Below are positions 21,396-32,283 of a stretch of 64,000 nucleotides of DNA, piece by piece (the first letter of the stretch is position 1; every line of letters begins with the position of its first letter). The stretch spans positions 10,170 through 74,169 of the forward strand of contig JAEUPF010000095.1 in NCBI GenBank assembly GCA_016790425.1. The letters are read 5' to 3'. The translations under genes were made by a program, and so were the position numbers. This DNA is from Rubrivivax sp. Lineage in GTDB: Bacteria > Pseudomonadota > Gammaproteobacteria > Burkholderiales > Burkholderiaceae_C. The notes below the pieces were generated by a model. It searched no databases and was not told where the DNA came from. It saw only the letters and a list, made by a program, of their open reading frames with translations.

Positions 21396-22283
21396 ATGTC
21401 GTTGAACTCCCTCGTGCGCGCGTCGTTCGCCGCCGCGTTTGCCGCCACCGTCACCCTCGCGGCCACGGTGCCCTCGCCCGCCCTGGCACAAGCGGCGTCG
21501 GCACCGGCGGCCACCTCGGCGCCGGCGGCGGCGGAAGCGTCGGCCCCGGCCGCGCAGCCGCCCACCTTCGCCACCTCGGCCGCGGTGCCGGGGGCCGGGG
21601 CCAAGCCGGCGGTCAGCGAGGAAGCGGTCGAGAACCCGTACGGCCTGAAGGCGCTGTGGAGCCAGGGCGACTGGGTGGCCAAGGGCACGCTGATCATCAT
21701 GCTCATCATGTCCATGGGCAGCTGGTACATCATCTTCACCAAGCTGTTCGAGCAGCGCGCGATGATGAAGAGCGCGCGCACCGGCGCCGAGGCCTTCTGG
21801 AAAGCCAGCTCGGTGAAGGCCGGCGTCGGCTCGCTCGAGGAAGGCTCGGCCTTCCGCTGGATCGCCGAGCAGGGCGTGAAGGCGAGCGACCACCACGAGG
21901 GCACGATGGTCGAGAGCATCGACAAGCACACCTGGATCAGCATGTCGGTGGACCGCGCGGTGGGCAACATCAACAGCCGCCTGCAGGACGGCCTGGCGTT
22001 CCTCGCCACGGTGGGCTCCACGGCGCCGTTCGTCGGCCTGTTCGGCACCGTCTGGGGCATCTACAACGCGCTGGTGAAGATCGGCATCAGCGGCCAGGCG
22101 TCGATCGACAAGGTGGCCGGCCCGGTGGGCGAGGCGCTCATCATGACCGCCATCGGCCTGGCCGTCGCAGTGCCCGCGGTGATGGGCTACAACTGGCTCG
22201 TCCGCCGCAACAAGAGCGTGCTGGACATGACGCGCAGCTTTGCCGGCGACCTGCACAACGTGCTGATCGCGGGCAAGCGCTGA
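21396..22283 (+). CDS. exbB: MotA/TolQ/ExbB proton channel
   Basis: LATVGSTAPFVGLFGTVWGI, EALIMTAIGLAVAVPA. Confidence 0.93.
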   Translation: MSLNSLVRASFAAAFAATVTLAATVPSPALAQAASAPAATSAPAAAEASAPAAQPPTFATSAAVPGAGAKPAVSEEAVENPYGLKALWSQGDWVAKGTLIIMLIMSMGSWYIIFTKLFEQRAMMKSARTGAEAFWKASSVKAGVGSLEEGSAFRWIAEQGVKASDHHEGTMVESIDKHTWISMSVDRAVGNINSRLQDGLAFLATVGSTAPFVGLFGTVWGIYNALVKIGISGQASIDKVAGPVGEALIMTAIGLAVAVPAVMGYNWLVRRNKSVLDMTRSFAGDLHNVLIAGKR

Positions 22284-22325
22284 GCCGCACCCGCGGTCCC
22301 TTCCCAGCGCCCGCGAGGAGACGCC

Positions 22326-22766
22326 ATGGCGATGCAAGTCGGTGCCGCCGACGGCGACGGCGAAGAGCAGTTCAACAACACCATCAACACGACGCCGCTG
22401 GTGGACGTGATGCTGGTGCTGCTGATCATCTTCCTCATCACGATCCCGGTGGTGACGCACACCATCAAGCTCGAGCTGCCCAAGGAGCGCAACCTGCCCA
22501 CGCAGACGAAGCCGGAGAACATCGTGCTCGCCGTCAACCGCGACGGCGAGGTCTACTGGGGTATGCAGCGCATTCCCGACCAGGAGGCGCTGGTGGCGCG
22601 GCTGAAACTGGAGTCGGTGAAGGAGCCGCAGCCCGAGGTGCACATCCGCGGCGACCTCGAGGTGCGCTACGAGGCGGTGGGCCGCGTCGTCGTGGCCTGC
22701 CAGCGCGCCGGCATCTTCAAGGTCGGCTTCATCACCGAGCCGCCGGCCGGCCAGGTCACCCGCTAG
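22326..22766 (+). CDS. exbD: ExbD/TolR family protein
   Basis: INTTPLVDVMLVLLIIF. Confidence 0.93.
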   Translation: MAMQVGAADGDGEEQFNNTINTTPLVDVMLVLLIIFLITIPVVTHTIKLELPKERNLPTQTKPENIVLAVNRDGEVYWGMQRIPDQEALVARLKLESVKEPQPEVHIRGDLEVRYEAVGRVVVACQRAGIFKVGFITEPPAGQVTR

Positions 22767-22790
22767 CACCGCCTGAAGGAGCACGACACC

Positions 22791-23219
22791 ATGGCCATGC
22801 AAGTGGGCACCGGCGGCGGCGAGGAAGCCGAAGTGATGGTCGACATCAACACCACGCCGCTGATCGACGTGATGCTGGTGCTGTTGATCATGTTCATCAT
22901 CACGATCCCCATCCAGACGCACGCGGTGAAGATGAACATGCCGGTGCCGACGAAGAACTCGCCGCCGCCCAAGCCGCCGGTGATCATCCGCATCGACGTC
23001 GACTTCGACGGCACCATCGGCTGGAACGGCGAGCTGATCCCCGACCGCGCCACGCTGGAGTCGCGCCTGCAGCAGGTGGCCGCCGAACCCGACCAGCCCG
23101 AGGTGCACCTGAGGCCGAACAAGCTCGTCACCTACAAGGTGGTGGCGATGATCCTCGCCTCGGCGCAGCGCCTGGGCGTGACGAAGATCGGGATCGTCGG
23201 CAACGAGCAGTTCCTTTGA
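22791..23219 (+). CDS. exbD: ExbD/TolR family protein (second copy)
   Basis: INTTPLIDVMLVLLIMF. Confidence 0.93.
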   Translation: MAMQVGTGGGEEAEVMVDINTTPLIDVMLVLLIMFIITIPIQTHAVKMNMPVPTKNSPPPKPPVIIRIDVDFDGTIGWNGELIPDRATLESRLQQVAAEPDQPEVHLRPNKLVTYKVVAMILASAQRLGVTKIGIVGNEQFL

Positions 23220-23229
23220 GAAGGCGCGA

Positions 23230-24516
23230 ATGAAACGGCTGTTCCCTACTCTCTGCTCGCGTGCGCGCACGAGCCTGGGCTCGCGTGCGCGCACGAGCCT
23301 GGGCTCGCGTGCCCGCACGCTCGGGCTCGCCTCGGTGCTGGCGTTGTCGGCGCTGGTGGCCGCGCCGCTGGCCATCGCGCAGGGCACGGTGCGGCCCGAG
23401 GTCGGCAAGCCGCTGCAGCAGGCCGGCGAGCTGCTGCGCGCCGGCAAGGCGAAGGAGGCGCTGGCCAAGGTGCGCGAGGCTGAAGCGGTGGCCGGCATCA
23501 CCGCCGCCGAGCGGCAGACGATCGACGGCATGAAGGCCGCCGCGGCGCAGCGCGCCGGCGACATGGCCACCGCGATCCAGGCGCTCGAAGCGATGGCCGG
23601 CCGCGCCAGCGGCGCGCAGCTGGGGACCTACGCCGAGCAGATCGCTTCGGCCTACGCGCAGCAGCGCAACAACGCCAAGGCGACCGAGTGGCTGCAAAAG
23701 GCCGTGGCGGCGGGCAACAACAGCCCCGCGGTGCGGCAACTGCAGCAGTACCTGCAATCGACCAGCGGCGACTACGCGGCGATCGCCCGCGACGCCGCCG
23801 CCGCCGTCGCCGCCGCCGAAGGTGCCGGCCGCAGGCCCGACGAAGGCGAGTTGCTGCGCCTGGCCGACGCGCAGCAGAAGACCGGCGCCACCGCCGGCTA
23901 CGTGAACACGCTGGAGAAGCTGCTGCTCAACTACCCGAAGAAGGACTACTGGAGCGCCTTCCTCGGCCGCCTGCCGCGCAAGAGCGGCTTCTCGCCGCGC
24001 TACGAGCTCGACGTGATGCGCCTGCGCCTGGCCACCGGCACGCTCACGAAGACCGAAGAGTTCATGGAGATGGCGCAGCTGGCGCTGCAGGCGGGCCTGC
24101 CGTTCGAGGCCAAGCGCATCGTCGAGCAGGGCTACAAGGCCGGCGCCCTGGGCACCGGGCCCGAGGCGGCGCGGCACCAGCGCCTGCGCGACCTGGCCGA
24201 CAAGCAGGCCGCCGAGGCGCCCGCGAACCTGCCCCGCCAGGCCGCCGAGGCCGCCGCCGAGAAGGAAGGCGATGGCCTGGTCAAGGTCGGCTACGCGATG
24301 GTGTCCGCCGGCGATGTCGACAAGGGCCTGGCGTTGATCCAGCAAGGCATCGCCAAGGGCGCGCTGAAGCGGCCCGACGAGGCCCGGCTGCGCCTGGGCA
24401 TGGCGCAGATGCAGTCGCCCCGGACGCGCGCGCAGGCGGCGCAGACGCTGCGCAGCGTCAAGGGCAGCGACGGCGCGGCCGACATCGCCCGGCTGTGGAC
24501 GATCGCGCCGCAGTAG
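23230..24516 (+). CDS. Exported TPR-like helical repeat protein
   Basis: Signal peptide ending AIAQ; Ala/Leu helical repeats; follows the exbD genes. Confidence 0.75.
   Translation: MKRLFPTLCSRARTSLGSRARTSLGSRARTLGLASVLALSALVAAPLAIAQGTVRPEVGKPLQQAGELLRAGKAKEALAKVREAEAVAGITAAERQTIDGMKAAAAQRAGDMATAIQALEAMAGRASGAQLGTYAEQIASAYAQQRNNAKATEWLQKAVAAGNNSPAVRQLQQYLQSTSGDYAAIARDAAAAVAAAEGAGRRPDEGELLRLADAQQKTGATAGYVNTLEKLLLNYPKKDYWSAFLGRLPRKSGFSPRYELDVMRLRLATGTLTKTEEFMEMAQLALQAGLPFEAKRIVEQGYKAGALGTGPEAARHQRLRDLADKQAAEAPANLPRQAAEAAAEKEGDGLVKVGYAMVSAGDVDKGLALIQQGIAKGALKRPDEARLRLGMAQMQSPRTRAQAAQTLRSVKGSDGAADIARLWTIAPQ
23256..23326 (+). repeat. 24-bp tandem repeat x~3 in the signal-peptide n-region
   Basis: CTCGCGTGCGCGCACGAGCCTGGG, encoding SRARTSLG. 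Confidence 0.95.
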
Positions 24517-24541
24517 GACCGGGCCTGCCGGTCGTCACCCC

Positions 24542-25534
24542 ATGAGCGCGGCATGGCCGCAGTGGCTGGAGCCGCTGTCGCAAGGCGTCTTCGCCGTCGA
24601 CACCGGCTTCCAGCGCCCGCGCTTCGACGCCGCCTTCCTGCTCGTCGAGCAGGGCCGCGCCGCGTTCATCGACACCGGCCCGGCCCCGGCCTTGCCGCGC
24701 CTGCTGGGCGCGCTCGAAGCGCTCGGCCTGGCCCGCGACGCGGTCGACTGGGTGATTCCCACCCACGTGCACCTGGACCATGCCGGCGGCGTGGGCCAGC
24801 TCATGCAGGCGCTGCCGCGCGCGCGCGCGCTCGTGCACCCGCGCGGCGTGCGCCACGTCGTCGACCCGAGCGCGCTGTGGCAGGGCGCCACCGAGGTCTA
24901 CGGCGCCGAGGAGATGGCCCGCTCCTATGGCGCCCTGCTGGCCGTACCCGCCGAGCGCGTGCTCGCCACCGCCGAGGCCATGGTGGTGCACGTGGGCGGC
25001 CGCCCGCTCGTCTTCGCCGACACGCCGGGGCACGCGCGGCACCACCACTGCATCTGGGACGAAGCCTCACGCGGCTGGTTCACCGGCGACACCTTCGGCA
25101 TCAGCTACCGCGAGTTCGATACGGCGCGCGGGCCCTGGATCCAGCCGGTGGCGGTGCCGACGCAGTTCGAGCCTGACGTTCTGCAGGCGTCGATCCGCCG
25201 CCTGCTCGCCCGCGCGCCGCAGTGGATGTACCTCACGCACTACGGCCGCGTCGGCGACGTGCCGCGCCTGGGGGCGCTGTTGCTCGCGCAGCTCGCCCGG
25301 CTGGTGGCGCTGGGCCGGCGCGAACAGCACCTGCCGGCCGCCGAAAGGCACGCGGCCCTTCGGCGCGGACAGCTCGAACTCTTCTGCGCGAGCCTGGCCG
25401 AACACGGCTGCGCGCTGCCGCGCGAGCGCGTCGCCGAGCTGCTGGAGATCGACTTCGAGCTGAACGCGCAAGGCATGGCCATCTGGCTCGACAAGGCGGC
25501 GCCGCCGCCGGCGAACGAGGCAGCGGGCGCGTGA
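24542..25534 (+). CDS. MBL-fold metallo-hydrolase
   Basis: THVHLDHAGG, TPGHARHH, FTGD, THYG. Confidence 0.92.
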   Translation: MSAAWPQWLEPLSQGVFAVDTGFQRPRFDAAFLLVEQGRAAFIDTGPAPALPRLLGALEALGLARDAVDWVIPTHVHLDHAGGVGQLMQALPRARALVHPRGVRHVVDPSALWQGATEVYGAEEMARSYGALLAVPAERVLATAEAMVVHVGGRPLVFADTPGHARHHHCIWDEASRGWFTGDTFGISYREFDTARGPWIQPVAVPTQFEPDVLQASIRRLLARAPQWMYLTHYGRVGDVPRLGALLLAQLARLVALGRREQHLPAAERHAALRRGQLELFCASLAEHGCALPRERVAELLEIDFELNAQGMAIWLDKAAPPPANEAAGA

Positions 25535-26121
25535 GCGCCGTGCTGCTGGAGACGCTCGCGGTCAGCACGGGCGTCGTCGCGCTGGGCGAAGTCGGCGACA
25601 AGACGCAGCTGCTGGCGCTGCTGCTGGCGGCGCGCTTCCGCCGGCCTTGGCCGATCGTCTGGGGCATCCTCGTCGCCACGCTGGCCAACCACACGCTGGC
25701 CGCGGCGCTGGGCACGTGGATCACGCGCTGGGCCGATCCGGCGCTGCTGCGCTGGGTGCTCGGCGGCTCGTTCATCGCCGTGGCGGTGTGGATGCTGATC
25801 CCCGACCGCATCGACGACGAGAACCCGCGCGGCGCCGGCCGCGCCGGGGCCTGGAGCGTCTTCGGCGTCACCACGTTCGCCTTCTTCCTGGCCGAGATGG
25901 GCGACAAGACGCAGGTGGCCACGGTGATGCTGGCGGCGCGCTATGACTCGCTGCTGGTGGTGACCGCCGGCACGACGCTGGGGATGATGATCGCCAATGT
26001 GCCCGCGGTGTGGCTGGGCGAAACAGCGGTGAAGCGGCTGCCGGTGCAGACGGTGCACCGCATCGCCGCAGCGGTGTTCGCGGCGATCGGCGTGGCCGTG
26101 CTGGCCGGCGTCGGCGCGTAG
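25531..26121 (+). CDS. TMEM165/GDT1 (UPF0016) family cation transporter
   Basis: Two ExGDKTQ motifs (EVGDKTQ, EMGDKTQ); GTGA coupling. Confidence 0.92.
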   Translation: MSAVLLETLAVSTGVVALGEVGDKTQLLALLLAARFRRPWPIVWGILVATLANHTLAAALGTWITRWADPALLRWVLGGSFIAVAVWMLIPDRIDDENPRGAGRAGAWSVFGVTTFAFFLAEMGDKTQVATVMLAARYDSLLVVTAGTTLGMMIANVPAVWLGETAVKRLPVQTVHRIAAAVFAAIGVAVLAGVGA

Positions 26122-26131
26122 CCGGCCTCAC

Positions 26132-26665
26132 TCACGCCGGCCCGGGTTCTTCGAGCACCTGCATCGCCTCGTCGAGCAGCGCGTGCAGCGCGACGACGCG
26201 CGCCTCGCCCAGGCGCGCGTTGAGCGCCAGTTGCGCCCGCTTCCAGGCGCGCTGGCCTTCGTCGCGCAGCGCCTGGCCGGCGATCGTCGGCGCGACGATG
26301 CGGCTGCGCAGGTCGTCGCCCACCCCCACTTCGACGAGCCCCTTGTCGACCAGCGGCTGCAGGTTGCGCGACAGCGTCGAGGCGTCGAGCTTCATCGCCG
26401 CGGCCAGCTCGCCGGCGCGGCAGGCACCGAGCTTCACGACGTAGGACAGCAGCGAGTACTGCGTGTTCTTCAGCCCCGTGGGGCCGACGAAGCCCTCGTA
26501 GTGGCGGGCCACCAGGCGGCTCAACTGGCGCAGCTTGAGGTTGGTGCAGCCGCGCGGCGGCAGCGGCGAAGGCGGCGGCAGCGGCGGCAGCGGCGGCAGC
26601 GGCGAAGGCGGCGACAGCGGCGAAGGTGGCGGGGACGGCGGGAGCGGCAGGCGGCGTTCGACCAT
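26132..26665 (-). CDS. MarR family transcriptional regulator with Pro-rich N-terminal repeat
   Basis: CTNLKLRQLSR...TQYSLL...LDASTLSRNLQPL...DLRSR. Confidence 0.9.
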   Translation of the reverse strand: MVERRLPLPPSPPPSPLSPPSPLPPLPPLPPPSPLPPRGCTNLKLRQLSRLVARHYEGFVGPTGLKNTQYSLLSYVVKLGACRAGELAAAMKLDASTLSRNLQPLVDKGLVEVGVGDDLRSRIVAPTIAGQALRDEGQRAWKRAQLALNARLGEARVVALHALLDEAMQVLEEPGPA

Positions 26666-26679
26666 GGCGGTTATGATAC

Positions 26680-26691
26680 TTGCATATGCAA
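26680..26691. promoter_or_regulatory. Perfect palindrome TTGCATATGCAA, likely MarR operator
   Basis: Sits in the 47-bp divergent gap between MarR and the PaaI thioesterase, next to the minus-strand -10 TATCAT. Confidence 0.7.
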
Positions 26692-26712
26692 CTTGTGCCA
26701 CGGAGGCGAGTC

Positions 26713-27336
26713 ATGGCAGCGAGCGGGAACATCGAAGCGGCGCAAGGGGCGGCCCCGGCCGCGGCGGCGCCAACGGCTGCAACGGCCGCAACGGCCGGGC
26801 CGCCCTCGCCACTGGCGCAATGGCTGGCCGACGAAGCGGCCGTCCGCGCGGCGCTCGAACGCGGCCCCGGCCCCGGCGTCGCGGCGCGCGAGGCGGTGCT
26901 CGGCACCGACGGGCTGACGCTGATGCAGCGCCTGCTTGCCGGCGAACTGCCCTACGCCTCGATCAGCCGCACGCTCGACTTCGTCCTCGTCGAGGTGGCG
27001 CGCGGCCGCGCCGTCTTCCAGGGCACGCCGGGGCCGAAGCTGCTCAACCCGATGGGCGGCATCCACGGCGGCTGGTACGCCACGCTGCTGGACAGCGCGC
27101 TCGGCTGCGCCGTGCACACGATGATGCCGGCCGGCCGCGCCTACACCACCGCCGAGCTGAGCGTGAACCTGGTGCGCGCCATCCCGCCGTCGCTGCCGCG
27201 CGTGCGTGCCGCGGGCCAGGTGGTGCACTGCGGCCGCCAGCTCGCCACCGCCGAGGCGCGCCTGGTGGGCCCCGACGGCACGCTGTACGCGCACGGCACG
27301 ACCACGTGCCTGGTGTTCGAGTTGCCGGCAAAATGA
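26713..27336 (+). CDS. PaaI family hotdog thioesterase
   Basis: [30 protein letters not shown]. Confidence 0.92.
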   Translation: MAASGNIEAAQGAAPAAAAPTAATAATAGPPSPLAQWLADEAAVRAALERGPGPGVAAREAVLGTDGLTLMQRLLAGELPYASISRTLDFVLVEVARGRAVFQGTPGPKLLNPMGGIHGGWYATLLDSALGCAVHTMMPAGRAYTTAELSVNLVRAIPPSLPRVRAAGQVVHCGRQLATAEARLVGPDGTLYAHGTTTCLVFELPAK

Positions 27337-27340
27337 GCGC

Positions 27341-27745
27341 ATGAGAGTCCTCCACACCATGCTCCGCGTGGGCAACCTGCAGCGCGCCATCGACTTCTAC
27401 ACCCAGGTGCTCGGCATGACGCTGCTGCGCACCACCCAGCGCCCGGAGCAGAAGTACGACCTCGCGTTCGTCGGCTTCGGGCGCAACCCGGAGCACGCCG
27501 AGATCGAGCTGACCTACAACCACGGCGTCGACAGGTACGAGCTCGGCACCGCGTTCGGCCACATCGCCATCGGCGTCGCCGACGTCGCGGCCACCTGTGC
27601 CGCGGTGCGCGACAAGGCCGCGGCGCTCGGCGGCGCCATCACGCGCGAGCCCGGCCCGGTGAAGGGCGGCACCACCGTCATCGCCTTCATCACCGACCCC
27701 GACGGCTACAAGATCGAGCTGATCCAGCGCGAAGGCGGCGCCTGA
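27341..27745 (+). CDS. gloA: Lactoylglutathione lyase (glyoxalase I)
   Basis: [31 protein letters not shown]. Confidence 0.96.
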   Translation: MRVLHTMLRVGNLQRAIDFYTQVLGMTLLRTTQRPEQKYDLAFVGFGRNPEHAEIELTYNHGVDRYELGTAFGHIAIGVADVAATCAAVRDKAAALGGAITREPGPVKGGTTVIAFITDPDGYKIELIQREGGA

Positions 27746-27762
27746 GGCGCGCCCGCCCCGTC

Positions 27763-28371
27763 ATGTACCTTCCCTCGCACTTCGAGACCCGCGACGAGGC
27801 GACGTCCGCGGCGCTGATGTCGGCACACCCGCTGGCTCAGATCGTGCACACGAACGCCGAAGGCGGCCTCGATGCCGACCCGGTGCCGCTGCTGTGGGAC
27901 GCCGAACGGCGCACGCTGCGCGGCCACGTCGCACGCGCCAACCCGCTGTGGCGCGCCGCCGACGGCAAGCCGGTGCTGGCCGTCTTCACCGGCCCCGGCG
28001 CCTACGTGAGCCCGAACTGGTACCCGAGCAAGGCGGCCACGCACAAGGCGGTGCCGACCTGGAACTACACCGTCGTGCACGCACACGGCACGCTGCACGC
28101 GCGCGACGACGCGGCCTGGCTGGCGCAGTTCCTGCCGCAGCTCACCGCGCGCCATGAAGCCGCCGAGCCCCGGCCATGGACACTGGCCGATGCGCCCGCG
28201 GACTACCTGCAGCAGATGATGCGGGCGATCGTCGGCATCGAGATCCCGGTGGCGCGCCTGGTCGGCAAGGTCAAGGCGAGCCAGAATCGCAGCGCCGAGG
28301 ACCGCGAAGGCGTCGTCCTCGCCCTCGGCGAGCACCCGATGGCGTCGCTGGTGGCCAACCCGCCGCGCTGA
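27763..28371 (+). CDS. PaiB-like FMN-binding negative transcriptional regulator
   Basis: MYLPSHF, GHVARANP, YVSPNWY, VPTWNY, KASQNR. Confidence 0.92.
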   Translation: MYLPSHFETRDEATSAALMSAHPLAQIVHTNAEGGLDADPVPLLWDAERRTLRGHVARANPLWRAADGKPVLAVFTGPGAYVSPNWYPSKAATHKAVPTWNYTVVHAHGTLHARDDAAWLAQFLPQLTARHEAAEPRPWTLADAPADYLQQMMRAIVGIEIPVARLVGKVKASQNRSAEDREGVVLALGEHPMASLVANPPR

Positions 28372-28412
28372 ACGAACGGCCGCAAGGAACTCATCAACCC
28401 CAGGAATCCGCC

Positions 28413-28991
28413 ATGCCGCGCACACTCCGCCTTCCCCCTTGCGCTTCGCGGCTCGCCGCCGTGGCCTTCGCAGCGTTGCTCGCCGCCGGGGCGGCGCAGG
28501 CGCAACAGAAGATCCGCCCGGGCCTGTGGGAGAACACCATCGCGATGAAGAGCGGCGGCGGCCAGATGGAAGCGGCGATGGCGCAGATGCGCGAGCAGAT
28601 GGCGGCCATGACGCCGGAGCAGCGCGCGCAGGTCGAGGCGATGATGGCGCGCCAGGGCATCGGCATGGGCGCGGGGCGGCCGAACACGGTGCGCACCTGC
28701 ATCACGCCCGAGATGGCCAGCCGCAACGACTTCAACCCCGGCGACAGCCGCTGCCGCAGCACCGGCCACTCGCGCAACGGCAACGCCGTGAAGTTCAAGT
28801 TCACCTGCGACAGCGAACAGGGCTCCTCCGAAGGCGAAGGCGAATTCACGCTCGTCAGCGACACCGCGACGAAGGGCAAGATGTGGGTGAGCGCCACGCG
28901 GCAGGGCCAGACCCAGCGCATGGAGATGGAGAGCACCAGCCGCTGGGTGGCGGCCGACTGCGGCGACGTGAAGCCGGTGCTGCGCAAGTAG
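28413..28991 (+). CDS. Exported DUF3617-like protein
   Basis: Signal peptide; IRPGLWE, Met-rich helix, paired Cys, SRWVAADCGDV. Confidence 0.75.
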   Translation: MPRTLRLPPCASRLAAVAFAALLAAGAAQAQQKIRPGLWENTIAMKSGGGQMEAAMAQMREQMAAMTPEQRAQVEAMMARQGIGMGAGRPNTVRTCITPEMASRNDFNPGDSRCRSTGHSRNGNAVKFKFTCDSEQGSSEGEGEFTLVSDTATKGKMWVSATRQGQTQRMEMESTSRWVAADCGDVKPVLRK

Positions 28992-29010
28992 CGGGCAGGC
29001 GGCGCGCGCC

Positions 29011-29661
29011 CTACGCCGGCCGCAGCGCCGCCGCGGCCCGCGCCAGCGCCGTGATGCGCGCCCAATCGCCGGCGCGCATCGCCGCGGCCGGCGTCAGCCA
29101 GCTGCCACCCACCACCCGCACGTTGGGCAGCGCCAGGTACTGCGGCGCCGTCTCGGCGCTGATGCCGCCCGTGGGGCAGAAGGCGATGTCGGGGAACGGC
29201 CCGGCCAGCGCCTTCAGCATCGGCACGCCGCCGGCCGCGGCGGCCGGGAAGAACTTCAGGAACCCGTGCCCATCGGCGCTCGCGGCCATCACCTCGCCGG
29301 CGCTGGCGACGCCGGGCAGCAGCGGCAGGCCGGCGGCGCGGCACGCGGCACCGATCTCGCGCGTGTAGCCCGGGCTGACGCCGAAGCACGCGCCGGCATC
29401 CAGGGCCGCGCGAACGTCGGCGGCGCTGCGCAGCGTGCCGGCGCCGACGATCGCCTCGTCGCCGGGCAGCGCGCGCGCGATCGCCGCGATCGCCGCCAGC
29501 GCCGCCGGCGTGCGCAGCGTCACCTCGAGCACCTTCACCCCGCCGGCCACCAGCGCGCGCGCCAGCGGCACCGCGTGCTCGAGCTCGTCGATGACGATGA
29601 CCGGAATCACCGGCCCGTGGCGCGCGAGGTCGGCGGGGACGAGGGGGGCCTGGGCAGTCAT
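29011..29661 (-). CDS. eda: KDPG/KHG aldolase
   Basis: [24 protein letters not shown]. Confidence 0.96.
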   Translation of the reverse strand: MTAQAPLVPADLARHGPVIPVIVIDELEHAVPLARALVAGGVKVLEVTLRTPAALAAIAAIARALPGDEAIVGAGTLRSAADVRAALDAGACFGVSPGYTREIGAACRAAGLPLLPGVASAGEVMAASADGHGFLKFFPAAAAGGVPMLKALAGPFPDIAFCPTGGISAETAPQYLALPNVRVVGGSWLTPAAAMRAGDWARITALARAAAALRPA

Positions 29662-29680
29662 CGGTTCACCTGAGCGGGGG

Positions 29681-31537
29681 TCACAGCCAGGTCACGGCGC
29701 CTTCCTCGGCGCTGGTGACGTTGCGCCGGAAGCCGGCGAAGAGCTCGCGGCCGAGGTCGTGCGCGTGCGCCTGCGCCTCGTGCTCGGGCCGCAGCGCATT
29801 GTCGCGGCCGGCCCATTCGGCTTCGTCCACCAGCGCCTGCAGCGTGCCGGCATCGGCGTCCAGGCGAACGCGGTCGCCGTCGCGCAGCCTGGCCAGCGGC
29901 CCGCCGGCCAGCGCCTCGGGGCAGACGTGGATGGCCGCGGGCACCTTGCCGCTGGCGCCGCTCATGCGGCCGTCGGTGACCAGCGCCACCTTGAAGCCGC
30001 GCCCTTGCAGCACCGCCAGCGCCGGCGTGAGCTTGTGCAGTTCGGGCATGCCGTTGGCGCGCGGCCCCTGGAAGCGCACGACGACGACCACATCGCGTTC
30101 GAGCTCGCCGGCCTTGAACGCGGCCAGCATCGCTTCCTGGCTGGCGAACAGGCGCGCCGGCGCCTCGACGATGTGGCGCTCGGGCGGCACCGCCGAGACC
30201 TTGATGACGGCGCGGCCGAGGTTGCCCGCCAGCAGCTTCAGGCCTCCGGTGGGCGAGAACGGGGCTGCCGCCGGCCGCGCGACGCTGTCGTCGGCCACGG
30301 CCGCTTGCGCGACGCCGTGCCACGCCAGGCGGCCGTCGGCGCCGAACCTCGGCAGGCGCGCGTAGTCGGCGATTCCGCCCGCCGACATCGCCAGCACGTC
30401 GGCGTGCATCAACCCGGCACCGAGCAGTTCGCCGATCACGTGCCCCGGGCCGCCGGCGGCCTGGAACTGGTTCACGTCGGCTTCGCCATTGGGGTACACG
30501 CGCGCCAGCAGCGGCACCACGGCCGATAGCGCCGCGAAGTCGTCCCAGTCGATGACGATGCCGGCGGCGCGCGCCACCGCGACCCAGTGGATGAGGTGGT
30601 TCGTGCTGCCGCCGGTGGCCAGCAGCGCCGCCATCGCGTTGACGATGACGCGCTCGTCGACGAGGCGGCCGATCGGCGGCAAGGCAGCGGCAGCAGGGGC
30701 TGGTTGCGCGTCGCCCGCCCGGCGGCACGCGCGCACGGCGGTGGCCACCGCCTCGCGCGTCAGCGCTTCGCGCAGCGGATCGTGCGGATGCACGAAGGCC
30801 GCGCCCGGCACGTGCAGGCCCATCGCTTCGAGCAGCATCTGGTTGCTGTTGGCGGTGCCGTAGAAGGTGCAGGTGCCGCTCGCGTGATAGGCCGCGCTCT
30901 CGGCGGCAAGCAACGCCTCGCGGCCCACTTCGCCGGCGGCGTGGCGCTCGCGCACCTTGGCCTTCTCGGCGTTGGGCAGGCCGCTCACCATCGGGCCGGC
31001 GGGAACGAAGACGCAGGGCAGGTGGCCGAAGTGCAGCGCGCCGATGAGCAGGCCCGGAACGATCTTGTCGCAGATGCCCAGGAGCAGCGCCGCATCGAAG
31101 GTGTCGTGCGAAAGCGCGACGGCGGTGGCCATCGCGATCGCGTCGCGCGAGAAGAGGCTCAGCTCCATACCGGGCTGGCCCTGGGTGACGCCGTCGCACA
31201 TCGCCGGCACGCCGCCGGCCACCTGCGCCGTGGCACCCAGGCGATGCGCCTCGGCGCGGATCAGCGCCGGGTAGCTTTCGTAGGGCCGGTGCGCCGAAAG
31301 GACGTCGTTGTAGGCGGTGACGACGCCGATCGTCGGCCCGCGCTGCTCGACGATGCGCAGCTTGTCGGCCGCCGGCAAGGCGGCGATGGCGTGGGCGACG
31401 TTGGAGCAGCCCAGCCGCTGGCTGCCGCGCGGCCGCGCCGCCAGGCGCGCGATGCGCTCGAGGTAGGCGCCGCGCGTGGGGGCGCTGCGTTGGCGGATGC
31501 GCTCGGTGACGGCCAGCAAGGTGGCGTGGGCAGGCAT
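29681..31537 (-). CDS. edd: Phosphogluconate dehydratase
   Basis: [46 protein letters not shown]. Confidence 0.96.
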   Translation of the reverse strand: MPAHATLLAVTERIRQRSAPTRGAYLERIARLAARPRGSQRLGCSNVAHAIAALPAADKLRIVEQRGPTIGVVTAYNDVLSAHRPYESYPALIRAEAHRLGATAQVAGGVPAMCDGVTQGQPGMELSLFSRDAIAMATAVALSHDTFDAALLLGICDKIVPGLLIGALHFGHLPCVFVPAGPMVSGLPNAEKAKVRERHAAGEVGREALLAAESAAYHASGTCTFYGTANSNQMLLEAMGLHVPGAAFVHPHDPLREALTREAVATAVRACRRAGDAQPAPAAAALPPIGRLVDERVIVNAMAALLATGGSTNHLIHWVAVARAAGIVIDWDDFAALSAVVPLLARVYPNGEADVNQFQAAGGPGHVIGELLGAGLMHADVLAMSAGGIADYARLPRFGADGRLAWHGVAQAAVADDSVARPAAAPFSPTGGLKLLAGNLGRAVIKVSAVPPERHIVEAPARLFASQEAMLAAFKAGELERDVVVVVRFQGPRANGMPELHKLTPALAVLQGRGFKVALVTDGRMSGASGKVPAAIHVCPEALAGGPLARLRDGDRVRLDADAGTLQALVDEAEWAGRDNALRPEHEAQAHAHDLGRELFAGFRRNVTSAEEGAVTWL

Positions 31538-31662
31538 GGCAGGGTAGGCGTTCGAAGGGCCGGTGGGTGGCGCCGGGAAACGGCAAGCGGAAACCGAAAG
31601 CGCCTGTCGGGCCGGGCGCGGCCACGGCGACCATTCTTCCAGCGATGGCGAAAATGCGGGCC

Positions 31663-32283
31663 GTGGACACGCCCTTGCCCGCATCGCTCGTGGTGCGCGA
31701 TCCGGCCGAGCAACTGGCGCTCCTGCGGCGGCGCTGGCATGGCCATGCCCAGTGGTGGGTGTTCGGCTACGCGTCGCTGCTGTGGCGGCCCGAGTTCGAG
31801 GCGGTGGAACACCGCCCGGCGCTGCTGCGCGGCTGGCATCGGGCGCTGCGCATGCGCTCGCGCGTCAACCGCGGCACGCCGGAGCAGCCGGGCCTCGTGT
31901 TCGCTCTGCTGCCGGGCGGGGCCTGCCGCGGCGCCGTGTACCGCCTGCACCCGGCACGAGCCGAGGCCGAACTGCAGCGCCTGTGGGCACGCGAGATGCC
32001 CACCGGCGTCTACGACGCCCGCCTGGTGCCCTGCCACACGGACAAAGGTCCGGTGGCAGCGCTCGCCTTCACGCTGGCGCGCAGCAGTTCATCGTGCCTG
32101 CCGCGCCTGGCCGACGCCGAGATGCTGCACATCCTGCGCCACGCGCGCGGGCGCTACGGCACGACGCTGGAGTACCTGGCCGAAACGGCGGTGGCGCTGC
32201 GCGAGCGCGGGGTGCGCGATCGGGAGATCGAAAGGCTGATGGCGCTGGCGCGAAAGCACGGGCTGCTCGGCGCGGCGCCCTGA
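31663..32283 (+). CDS. chaC: ChaC-like gamma-glutamylcyclotransferase
   Basis: [36 protein letters not shown]; start 31654 or 31663. Confidence 0.9.
   Translation: MDTPLPASLVVRDPAEQLALLRRRWHGHAQWWVFGYASLLWRPEFEAVEHRPALLRGWHRALRMRSRVNRGTPEQPGLVFALLPGGACRGAVYRLHPARAEAELQRLWAREMPTGVYDARLVPCHTDKGPVAALAFTLARSSSSCLPRLADAEMLHILRHARGRYGTTLEYLAETAVALRERGVRDREIERLMALARKHGLLGAAP

Noticed and set aside
25480..25531. yybP-ykoY Mn riboswitch before the GDT1 gene
   Set aside because: No intergenic space; the gene overlaps the upstream stop codon
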